Assembly: GCA_947626055.1 (NCBI GenBank)
Contig: CANQQP010000003.1
Coordinates: forward strand, 1 to 54,153
Length of the DNA stretch: 54,153 nt
Source of the DNA: an uncultured Bacilli bacterium
GTDB taxonomy: Bacteria > Bacillota_I > Bacilli_A > RF39 > UBA660
Reading direction: 5' to 3'
Part shown: positions 31,265 to 39,467 of the stretch, in pieces
Numbering within the stretch: position 1 is the first letter of the stretch
How the letters are laid out: each line of letters starts with the position of its first letter
Notes under the pieces: model-generated
The model's database searches: none
What the model saw: only the letters and a program-made list of their open reading frames with translations
What the model was told of the DNA's origin: nothing
Translations under genes and position numbers: made by a program

Positions 31265-31923
31265 TTTAAGTCCCAATCAATTGGTTTTAAACCTTGGCTT
31301 TTTAAAAAGTCATTAGTCTTAGAAAATGGACGACTACCAAAAAAACCGTAACTTGCCGAAAAGGGAGAAGGATGAGCTGATTCTAAAATCAAGTGTTTAG
31401 GATTAGTAATATACTTCTTTTTTTCTTTGGCAAAATTTCCCCATAAAATAAAAACAATAGGTTCCTCTTTGGCATTTAATACTTTAATAATATAGTCTGT
31501 TAATCTTTCCCAACCTAATCCTCTGTGGGAGGCTGCTTTATCTTTTTCCACTGTCAAAACGGCATTCAAAAGTAAAACTCCTTCATCTGCCCATTTAGTC
31601 AAATCCCCATCAGGACAAGGTTTACAACCCAAATCATCTTCTAGCTCTTTATAAATATTTCGCAAAGAGGGAGGAAGCTTAATGCCTTTTTGTACTGAAA
31701 AAGAAAGACCGTGTGCCTCATGCTCGCCATGATAAGGATCTTGACCCATAATAACGACTTTAACATTTTCATATGGTGTTCTTTTTAAAGCTTCAAAAAC
31801 ATAATTTTTAGGAGGAAAAATAGTTTTTGTATCATATTCTTTTTTTATTATATTTAAAAATCTTTTAAAGCCTTCACTTTCCCAAACTATTTTTAATTTA
31901 TCATCCCAACTATTACCAATCAT
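31261..31923 (-). CDS. ung: Uracil-DNA glycosylase
   Basis: GQDPYH, GVLLLN, HPSP.S; start MIGNSW at 31923 after AGGAG. Confidence 0.96.
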   Translation of the reverse strand: MIGNSWDDKLKIVWESEGFKRFLNIIKKEYDTKTIFPPKNYVFEALKRTPYENVKVVIMGQDPYHGEHEAHGLSFSVQKGIKLPPSLRNIYKELEDDLGCKPCPDGDLTKWADEGVLLLNAVLTVEKDKAASHRGLGWERLTDYIIKVLNAKEEPIVFILWGNFAKEKKKYITNPKHLILESAHPSPFSASYGFFGSRPFSKTNDFLKSQGLKPIDWDLN

Positions 31924-31983
31924 AAAAATACTCCTAACCTTTAATATAAGTTTAGCGAGATTGATTAATGTTGTCAAATTTTC

Positions 31984-32013
31984 TTGACTTTAAATAAAAG
32001 ATTATATTACAAT
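31984..32013 (+). promoter_or_regulatory. Sigma-A-like promoter for antisense RNA
   Basis: TTGACT-18 nt-TACAAT with no downstream plus-strand ORF. Confidence 0.6.
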
Positions 32014-32019
32014 TTAGAT

Positions 32020-32110
32020 GGATACACCAAGCCTTTTTAGGCCTAGTGCTTTCCTGTTGTGGAAAGCACCGTTTGACCCCCTGTGGCATTCGGTGCTCTT
32101 TTTGTGTATC
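32020..32110 (+). ncRNA. Candidate antitoxin antisense RNA
   Basis: Closing stem GATACAC...GTGTATC; internal hairpins GTGCTTTCC/GGAAAGCAC and AGCACCG...CGGTGCT plus T-run; convergent with small hydrophobic ORF. Confidence 0.55.
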
Positions 32111-32152
32111 AACCATTACCTTTTATGTTTTATCTTAGTTGTTATTTTGCTT

Positions 32153-32227
32153 CTAATACATTATTAGTAGCAGTGTTGCTATTAAAAGAGTCACTATAAT
32201 TATTTGATAGAAATTTTTCTCTCTCAT
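32153..32227 (-). CDS. Candidate type I toxin peptide MREKNFYQIIIVTLLIATLLLIMY (24 aa)
   Basis: Strong RBS AGGAAGGTGA, single TM helix; below the ORF-track size cutoff. Confidence 0.6.
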   Translation of the reverse strand: MREKNFYQIIIVTLLIATLLLIMY

Positions 32228-32321
32228 AATTATCACCTTCCTATTTTTAGGAAAGCACTAGCCAAGAGTAACCTGATATATCCAATTAAAAATTAACATA
32301 TATAAATTTTAATAGCAAAAG

Positions 32322-32371
32322 ACAAAAAAGGAATTTTTGCAATTATATTTCTGCAATAATTCCTTTTTTGT
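32322..32371. terminator. Long inverted repeat (probable terminator)
   Basis: ACAAAAAAGGAATT ... AATTCCTTTTTTGT, 14-bp arms. Confidence 0.55.
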
Positions 32372-32550
32372 TTAAGCAAATTTTTAATTTTTGAATTAAA
32401 TATTCTGCAAATTTTTAAATTTTGCCAAATATTTAAAAATTACTTGACACGATTTAATTTTCAATATGAATTTTGTGAAACATTATGAAATTTTGAAAAT
32501 TAAATCAAGGGTACAAGCCCCGATAATCTTGTTACGGGGTACTTGACATT

Positions 32551-33729
32551 TTAAAATATTACATATGGATTATCCTTTATTCCACTTCCATAAGCATATA
32601 CATTTGAATTTAAGACAATTACTGGTCGTAAATACGCAAACGCACTATTCCAGTCATACATTGCGTAGTCATTTTTAGAAATATAATATTTATAATAAGT
32701 GTCTATCACACCAATATCTGGATCAACGTAAGTTCCTCTATAACAGGACATTGTCCACCAAGGGTTACTATTTTTAAGTTGTAAATAACTTTGCATATTT
32801 TTTTCTAATAATCCAGCATCCATTACTTCATTTATGGTTAATAGGCCTATATATGAATTAATGGTATTAATAGTATAAAAATCCTCTAAATCAGTTTTGG
32901 AGGAAGAAGAATTATAGATGTAATTTTTTTTAATAATGTTTTTACTATCATAAAGATATTTATTATACCAGTCATTTAATGCATTATGTTCAATTGAATC
33001 AATAAAGTCTCCATTTTCATAATATATTTTATCATTTAATAAAGTATTTAAAACAAGCAATATATTCTCATCTTCATTTATTTCTACTATTCGCCAGATT
33101 AAATCTGTTGGATGATTAGGTGAATCAATTGTAGTACCTAGTCCAAATTTAACATAATTATTTTCTGCTGCTCCACGAAAATAATAACTATTTTTATTGT
33201 TAGTTGTTCTTTTATATAATCCATTCCACACTAAATTTTCACCTGGAGTTGCTATTCTTATCGTATTGGCTTTCTTAATTTCATCTACTAATTTTACTAC
33301 CTTGGTAAATATTACTGTACAACTTACATTATTTATTGTTTTTGGTGTTATTGTTAAGGTATTATTACTTCTATCGTAAATTGGTGTGACTTTATTACTG
33401 TCTGTACATGTTACTTCTTTATATTGGTATCCTTCGGCTGGTGTTAGTTTAAATTTTGCTGATGTTCCATAATCTGTTTGCTTGGTCGCAATATCCATAG
33501 ATTCTACTGCTCCATGCTCGCCTGCTTCTACTCTAATATTTATTCTTTTACTTACTGTTCCGGATATTGTTAATGTATTATTTGCTGTTCCTGTATAATA
33601 TGCATACGATACTCCTATTACTGTTCCTATTACTAATATTAGTGCTACTATTCCTAATTTTAATTTGGGATTATATATTCCTTTTTTTTGGGCTTTCTTT
33701 ATTTCTTTTTCTATTCTCTTTTCTTTCAT
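32551..33729 (-). CDS. Surface protein, SipW-type leader plus C-type-lectin-like C-terminus; paralog of 20438-21916
   Basis: Identical first 46 aa; YYFRG...NNYVKF, WRIV.IN, WWTMS, LRPVI.L, G.G...NPY. Confidence 0.85.
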   Translation of the reverse strand: MKEKRIEKEIKKAQKKGIYNPKLKLGIVALILVIGTVIGVSYAYYTGTANNTLTISGTVSKRINIRVEAGEHGAVESMDIATKQTDYGTSAKFKLTPAEGYQYKEVTCTDSNKVTPIYDRSNNTLTITPKTINNVSCTVIFTKVVKLVDEIKKANTIRIATPGENLVWNGLYKRTTNNKNSYYFRGAAENNYVKFGLGTTIDSPNHPTDLIWRIVEINEDENILLVLNTLLNDKIYYENGDFIDSIEHNALNDWYNKYLYDSKNIIKKNYIYNSSSSKTDLEDFYTINTINSYIGLLTINEVMDAGLLEKNMQSYLQLKNSNPWWTMSCYRGTYVDPDIGVIDTYYKYYISKNDYAMYDWNSAFAYLRPVIVLNSNVYAYGSGIKDNPYVIF

Positions 33730-33765
33730 GGGGGTATCTCTCCTATTTTTATCTTATCTGTTTCA

Positions 33766-33795
33766 ATTATACCCCCCCCCATGTCTTATTGTCAA
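33766..33795 (-). promoter_or_regulatory. Consensus sigma-A promoter with poly-G9 tract in spacer
   Basis: Minus strand TTGACA-ATAAGACAT-GGGGGGGGG-TATAAT (18-nt spacer). Confidence 0.85.
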
Positions 33796-33857
33796 AAGAA
33801 AAAAGAGCTCAATCTGAACTCTAAATTTTAAAAATTTTTAAATTATCTTAATATTCA

Positions 33858-34457
33858 TTAAGAAATACTACTCAATTGAGAAGAAACAGCTGATGCTTTA
33901 GATACAACTTGTACTTGTAAATTAACTTTTTTACTACCACTCAAAGCGCTTTCTTGATTAGATACTGTCATCAAAGATGATACCCAAACTTTTAAACTAT
34001 AAGTATCTGTACTACTTGGTGAGATTGAAGTAACATGTTTTATATGGCTACTACTGGTTAATGTACCTGATGTACTACTTGACGAACCATTTGTTTTAGT
34101 TAATTGATATTTTATATCTGACGCATTAACACCGTTAGTATCGGTTGTGCTAACTACAATATCATATGCAGCTGCTACTGTGCCTGCATTTTTGACTGTA
34201 AGTGTATAATAATTATTATTTTTTTGACCATCAGAATCCGCCTGAATATATATTTTATTACTAGTATTACTAGATGATGATTCAAAAGTAATATTAAGAT
34301 TACCGCTTGTTGCTTTGACTGAAGTGGGGGTTCCTTTTACAGAAGCAGTAAAATAGGCATGAGAAACTGAACCAGTTATAAGAATAACTAATATTAAACT
34401 AATAACAATTGTTATAGTTTGATGTTTTAAAAAGCTAGATAAATATTTTTTATTCAT
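33858..34457 (-). CDS. Secreted Ser/Thr-rich protein with SipW-type leader (TasA/camelysin-like)
   Basis: ..GSVSHAYFTA, SG.L.I.F, V.N.GT..A.Y, Y.LKVW; beta-rich. Confidence 0.65.
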   Translation of the reverse strand: MNKKYLSSFLKHQTITIVISLILVILITGSVSHAYFTASVKGTPTSVKATSGNLNITFESSSSNTSNKIYIQADSDGQKNNNYYTLTVKNAGTVAAAYDIVVSTTDTNGVNASDIKYQLTKTNGSSSSTSGTLTSSSHIKHVTSISPSSTDTYSLKVWVSSLMTVSNQESALSGSKKVNLQVQVVSKASAVSSQLSSIS

Positions 34458-34852
34458 TTTAATACACCCTATTTTTCCTCACTATGCTCTATTATCATTT
34501 TATAACGTAAATAAAAAAGCGTCAAGTTTTTATTAAACTGAATTTAATTTATGTAAATAAAATATAAACTTTTTAGAAAACAATATAACATTTATTATTA
34601 TCTGTATTTTTTTTTATTTTAGTACTAATTTTGTAAAAAAAAAAATAATAATTATTACTAAAAATCTTTTATTTGTAAGTGTATATTTGAAAGATAAGAA
34701 TTATTAATATATAGGCCTAGATTCTAAAAATATCACCGAAATCAAAAAATTATATTCATTATGACTTACCCTAAAAATAAAAATGTCGTATACACCTATA
34801 AATAACGGTAATAACGACATATAATAATTTATAAAAATATAATTAAAATTTA

Positions 34853-35812
34853 CTATTTTTTATATTCTTTACAAGCAGTATCTAAATCTGTAATTAATTT
34901 ATCAATATCTTCTTTAGATTCAGTGCGGACGCCACTAGCAAACTTATGCCCCCCGCCGCCATATTTGGAAGCAATTTCATTAATTACAGGCCCACGGCTA
35001 CGAATATTTACTTTATAAATTCCTGTTCTTTCATCAAACGTAATAAATGACCAAACTAACACTTCTTTAATAAAGTTAAAATCATTAATCATATTAGAAG
35101 CTGTAGCATTATCAACATTATATTCTTTAATTATTTCATTATCTAACTGTAAATAGCCAAATCCGTTTTTAGTAACCTTTAAATTTTGCGATAAATAACC
35201 ATGAAAACGAATTTCATCTAATGGTCTTTCGTATAATAAAGGGTATAATTTAGTAAAATCTAAGTTTACTTTATCAATTAGTTTTTTAATTAAAGCAAAT
35301 GTTTTAGTTGATGTATACGATAAAAGGAAACGATCACTATCGGAAACAACACCTAAAAACAAATTTTTAGCTACTGTTTCGGTTAATCTAAATTTTGCTT
35401 CAAAAATAAGTTCAATTATCATTTGGCAAGTAGAACTAGAGGTTTCATCTACCCACTCTACTTCGCCCATTTTATCTTCATAGGGATGATGATCTATTTT
35501 TAATACTTCAGCAAAATTTTGAAAATTAGGAACATCTACTCGAGCAATATTAGGAACATCTAAAACTATCAACAAAGCTTTAGATAAATCTTTATCTTCC
35601 AATTTTTCTTTATCCAAATCACCAAAATAACGGAATTTAGAGACACTTAGTCCCACAGCATAAACTTTCTTACTAGGATAAGTTTTTCTTAAAGAATCTC
35701 TTAAAGCAATTTGGCTTGCTATAGCATCAGGATCAGGACCAATATGTCGAGCAATATAAATTTCCTGATATTCCTTTATTTTTTTTCGAATTTTTTTGAT
35801 TATTGGTTTGAT
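34853..35812 (-). CDS. nrnA: DHH family phosphoesterase (bifunctional oligoribonuclease/PAP phosphatase NrnA)
   Basis: IDHH, GGGH..ASG; frame stays open upstream through RHIGPDPDA to an ATC at 35812 preceded by AAGGAAGTGG. Confidence 0.88.
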   Translation of the reverse strand: MKPIIKKIRKKIKEYQEIYIARHIGPDPDAIASQIALRDSLRKTYPSKKVYAVGLSVSKFRYFGDLDKEKLEDKDLSKALLIVLDVPNIARVDVPNFQNFAEVLKIDHHPYEDKMGEVEWVDETSSSTCQMIIELIFEAKFRLTETVAKNLFLGVVSDSDRFLLSYTSTKTFALIKKLIDKVNLDFTKLYPLLYERPLDEIRFHGYLSQNLKVTKNGFGYLQLDNEIIKEYNVDNATASNMINDFNFIKEVLVWSFITFDERTGIYKVNIRSRGPVINEIASKYGGGGHKFASGVRTESKEDIDKLITDLDTACKEYKK

Positions 35813-35826
35813 AAAACCACTTCCTT

Positions 35827-37017
35827 TTAATTTATTAAATCATAAGTATCTTGAGCAATCATTAATTCTTCATTAGTTGGTACCACATAAACGGGAATAC
35901 GAGAGTCATTCGTACTGATTAAACCAAATTTACCAAATGTATCTTTATTTATTTGTTCATCAACTTTTATTCCTAAACTAGCTACTCTTTTTAAAATTTC
36001 GGCTCTAAAATCTGGACCTTTTTCGCCAATACCCGCAGTAAAGCAGATAACGTCTGCCCCACCTAAAATATTATTATACATAGCAATATAATTAGCCACT
36101 TTTTGACTAAACATATTAAAGGCTAATTTCGCATTTTCATTACCTTCAGAAATAGCTAATTCAATATCACGCGCGTCACTACTTACGCCACTTATTCCCA
36201 GTAATCCGGATTTTTTATTAATATCATTCATGACTTCATCAATAGTTTTATTTTCTTTATTCATAATATAAGGGATGATACTGACATCGATATCACCAGA
36301 ACGAGTTCCCATCATAACTCCTGGTGTTGGGGTAAATCCCATAGAAGTATCTACTACTTTACCACCATCTATCGCTGCTAAAGAGGCACCATTACCAATA
36401 TGACAAGAAATAACTTTTAAATTATCCTTTTTTAAATATTCACTAATTGTTTTATTAATAAAACGATGTGATGTTCCATGAAAGCCATATTTTCTTACGC
36501 CATATTTTGCATACCATTCATATGGTAACGGATAAATAAATTCTTCTTCTTTCATAGTTTGATGAAAAGCCGTATCAAATACACCAACCATTGGTGTATT
36601 AGGCATATTTTCCATAAAGGCCCTTACACCTACTAAATTAGCAGGATTATGTAATGGTGCTAGTTCATTAAATGATTCAATATCTTTGATAATCTCTTCA
36701 TTTAATAAAACACTTTGACTATATTTATCAGCACCGTGAACAATACGATGACCAACTCCATCAATATCTTCTAAAGAATCGACTACTTTATTATTAATTA
36801 ATTCTTCAATTAAATATTTAACAGCTACAGAGTGATCTTTTAAATCAACTTCTCTTTTTAATTTTTCGCCATTTACTTTAATAGTATAAAAACTATTTCC
36901 TATTCCAATTTTTTCAAATAATCCACTTATTAATTCTTCTTGACTAGGAAGTTCAATCAAAGTAAATTTTAATGATGAGCTCCCCGCATTAACAGATAAT
37001 ATTTTCATTTTTTCCAC
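35827..37017 (-). CDS. ackA: Acetate kinase
   Basis: NAGSSSLK, GHRIVHG, APLHNP, YGFHGTSH, PTNEE. Confidence 0.97.
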   Translation of the reverse strand: MEKMKILSVNAGSSSLKFTLIELPSQEELISGLFEKIGIGNSFYTIKVNGEKLKREVDLKDHSVAVKYLIEELINNKVVDSLEDIDGVGHRIVHGADKYSQSVLLNEEIIKDIESFNELAPLHNPANLVGVRAFMENMPNTPMVGVFDTAFHQTMKEEEFIYPLPYEWYAKYGVRKYGFHGTSHRFINKTISEYLKKDNLKVISCHIGNGASLAAIDGGKVVDTSMGFTPTPGVMMGTRSGDIDVSIIPYIMNKENKTIDEVMNDINKKSGLLGISGVSSDARDIELAISEGNENAKLAFNMFSQKVANYIAMYNNILGGADVICFTAGIGEKGPDFRAEILKRVASLGIKVDEQINKDTFGKFGLISTNDSRIPVYVVPTNEELMIAQDTYDLIN

Positions 37018-37053
37018 CTCGCTTTTTATTATACAAAAAAAAAGATAATTTCG

Positions 37054-37257
37054 CTATCTTTTTAAGTTAATAAAATCTTTATTGACAAGATTTTTAGGAT
37101 GCATAAATAAACTTTCATCATTTATATATCTTTTAGTCTCACAATCAAAGTTATATCCGTATTCATTTGTTAATTCAAATCTTTGACGTTCTAATTCATC
37201 CTTATATTCTAAAGCTGACTGTTTATAATGATAATCAATATATTTCATATTCTTCAC
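37054..37257 (-). CDS. Small hypothetical protein
   Basis: AGGTGA RBS region; 67-aa ORF. Confidence 0.5.
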   Translation of the reverse strand: MKNMKYIDYHYKQSALEYKDELERQRFELTNEYGYNFDCETKRYINDESLFMHPKNLVNKDFINLKR

Positions 37258-37313
37258 CTATTATTATGATGCATAAATTTCCTATTATTATACATACTAA
37301 TAATGGTGATAAC

Positions 37314-37490
37314 ATGGAAGGCAAAGATCCTTATTTTAATCAATGTATCGATTGTAATGTGGCAGATTGCACTTACCATAATGCGAGTGATAATCGTTGT
37401 ACTTTAGCCAAAATTTTAGTAGGAACTAAAAACAATAACAAAGATAAAAGTGCGACTATATGCGAAAGTTATGAAAAAAGATGCAATTAG
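37314..37490 (+). CDS. DUF1540-like Cys-rich small protein
   Basis: I.C.V..C.YH....C....I.VG...T.C.SY pattern; start MEGK at 37314 after GGTGA. Confidence 0.75.
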   Translation: MEGKDPYFNQCIDCNVADCTYHNASDNRCTLAKILVGTKNNNKDKSATICESYEKRCN

Positions 37491-37503
37491 GCATCTTTTT
37501 ATT

Positions 37504-38709
37504 TTATAAAATATCCTCAAAATCATTGGCTTTTTCAGGACCAATTTTTATGATTTCTTGTTCTTTTAGAGCTTTATTTATTAAATCTTCATAAGGTATT
37601 AGCTTTTCATATTCATAACAAAGTTTTAAATCTGGATTAATAACAGGATGTTCCGGTACAAATATTGTACAACAATCTTCATAAGGTAAGATACTAGTTT
37701 CATATGTTTCAATTTTTTTAGCAATTTCAATAATTTCTAATTTATCAAAACAAGCAAGTGGTCTTATGACTGGTATTTTGACTACTTCATTGATAACTCG
37801 CATAGAAGTTAAAGTTTGCGAAGCTACTTGGCCAATACTTTCTCCATTAACTAAAATTTTGCCATTAATATTGGCTGCTATCTTAGCACTAATTCGATAC
37901 ATCATCCTGCGCATTATCGTAATCAAATATTCATGCGGAATGTTTTTATATATCGCTTCTTGAATTTCGGTAAAATTAATAACATGTAATTTTATGTTAT
38001 TATTATAAACAGCTAATTTTTGAGCTAAAGCTATTACTTTATTTTTAGCCTCAACACTCGTGTGAGGTGGACTTTCAAAATAAACGGCCTCTAATTTGAC
38101 TCCTCTTTTAATGGCCATATAACCGGCCACAGGTGAATCAATTCCCCCACTTAACATAAGCAGACCTTTACCTAATACTCCAACGGGATAGCCCCCTATT
38201 CCTTTGATTGTTTCAAAATATAGATACGTGGCATTATTTCTTATTTCGACATTTACATATATATCAGGATTATGAATATCTACTTTAATATCTTTAATAT
38301 TTTTTAGTAAAATTCCCCCTATTTTGGCACTTATTTCCATACTTGTTAAAGGATATTTTTTATCACTTCTTTTAGTTACTACTTTAAAAGTCTTAAATTC
38401 ATAATTTTCTAGAAGTTTTAATAAAGAATCACCTATTTTTTCAATCTCATTAGCTTTTAATTCATACACAATCGCAATTTCATGAATACCAAAAACATTT
38501 TGAAGACTCTTAATAATTTTTTCATAATCATTAGAAGGAGAAACAATAAACATTCGTCCTTTATCAAAATGAATATCACATTCTATGTCTTTTAAAGAAA
38601 TTTTAATATTTTCTTTTAAAGTATTTAAAAATAACCCAATGTTACCTTTTTTAGTTGTTAATTCTCCGTATTTAAGCATAATTAATTTTTGCATATTTTC
38701 TTCCTCCAA
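37504..38709 (-). CDS. thiI: tRNA 4-thiouridine synthase ThiI
   Basis: YGELTTK, THUMP domain, SGGIDSPVA, GQVASQT, EDCC. Confidence 0.96.
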   Translation of the reverse strand: MEEENMQKLIMLKYGELTTKKGNIGLFLNTLKENIKISLKDIECDIHFDKGRMFIVSPSNDYEKIIKSLQNVFGIHEIAIVYELKANEIEKIGDSLLKLLENYEFKTFKVVTKRSDKKYPLTSMEISAKIGGILLKNIKDIKVDIHNPDIYVNVEIRNNATYLYFETIKGIGGYPVGVLGKGLLMLSGGIDSPVAGYMAIKRGVKLEAVYFESPPHTSVEAKNKVIALAQKLAVYNNNIKLHVINFTEIQEAIYKNIPHEYLITIMRRMMYRISAKIAANINGKILVNGESIGQVASQTLTSMRVINEVVKIPVIRPLACFDKLEIIEIAKKIETYETSILPYEDCCTIFVPEHPVINPDLKLCYEYEKLIPYEDLINKALKEQEIIKIGPEKANDFEDIL

Positions 38710-38848
38710 ATTGCAATATAATTTTATAATAAATCTTTTTTAACGTCAAACTATTGATTTTTAAGACATTAATATATGTTATTGCTGCAATAAATTGGTA
38801 TAAAAATTTATTTGACTAAAACATCTATTTTAAATTTTAATCATTTTC

Positions 38849-39000
38849 TTGTCTAAAATTAAAATATATGGTATAGTGTTTATGCAAAGAAAATTTGCAT
38901 AAAATAAAAAAGGAACAAATTAACAAGCACATGTTAGTTGTTGCCGTAGGTTTTTGTAAAATCATCTAAATCATTGCTGAGTTAGATGATTTCTTATTTT
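38849..39000 (+). ncRNA. Candidate small RNA or leader with own promoter and terminator
   Basis: TTGTCT-17-TATAGT (extended TG), hairpin TTATGCAAA/TTTGCATAA, terminator AAATCATCTAA...TTAGATGATTT plus T-rich tail. Confidence 0.4.
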
Positions 39001-39122
39001 ATATTAAATTTTTAATAATATTAATAAGATAATTAGAAAAAAATAGTTATTCTTTTTAGAAGACACTGAATAATATTGCATTAATAATATTCTTTATTGT
39101 ATAATTAAAGTGGTGATAAGAT

Positions 39123-39440
39123 ATGGGTTCTATATGGCAATATTTAATAATAATTGCAGTTTTAATTATAATATCTTTAATTATAATTAAAATTAATAAA
39201 AAAGATTTTGGAATTGAAATTAATAAATTAATTCAATATCTTGGTGGTAAAGATAATATAATAAATTGCGAATGTAATATGTCCCGCTTTAAAGTTATTT
39301 TGAAAGATGTTAGTAAAGCTGATAAAGATGGTATTCAAAAATTGGGAGCTAAAGGCATTGTGGAAGTCGATAATCAACTTAAAATAATTTTTGGTAAAAA
39401 TGCTAAAGCTTTAAAAAGATATATTGAGGATTTATTATAA
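39123..39440 (+). CDS. Stand-alone PTS EIIB-like domain with N-terminal TM
   Basis: LGGKDNI...SRFKV.LKD, LGAKG, IIFG. Confidence 0.75.
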   Translation: MGSIWQYLIIIAVLIIISLIIIKINKKDFGIEINKLIQYLGGKDNIINCECNMSRFKVILKDVSKADKDGIQKLGAKGIVEVDNQLKIIFGKNAKALKRYIEDLL

Positions 39441-39467
39441 AATAAATCTTTTTTTATAGGTGGTATT

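Noticed and set aside
32504-32546. GC-rich imperfect hairpin just after the 392-aa gene
   Set aside because: Most simply a terminator or stability stem; no repeat partner seen.
32620-32770. Possible VR in the 392-aa paralog
   Set aside because: No matching template found by eye and no AAC-derived codon pattern.
34460-34850. Extremely AT-rich 390-bp intergenic region examined for CRISPR, origin or iteron repeats
   Set aside because: No regular repeats or DnaA-box cluster seen.
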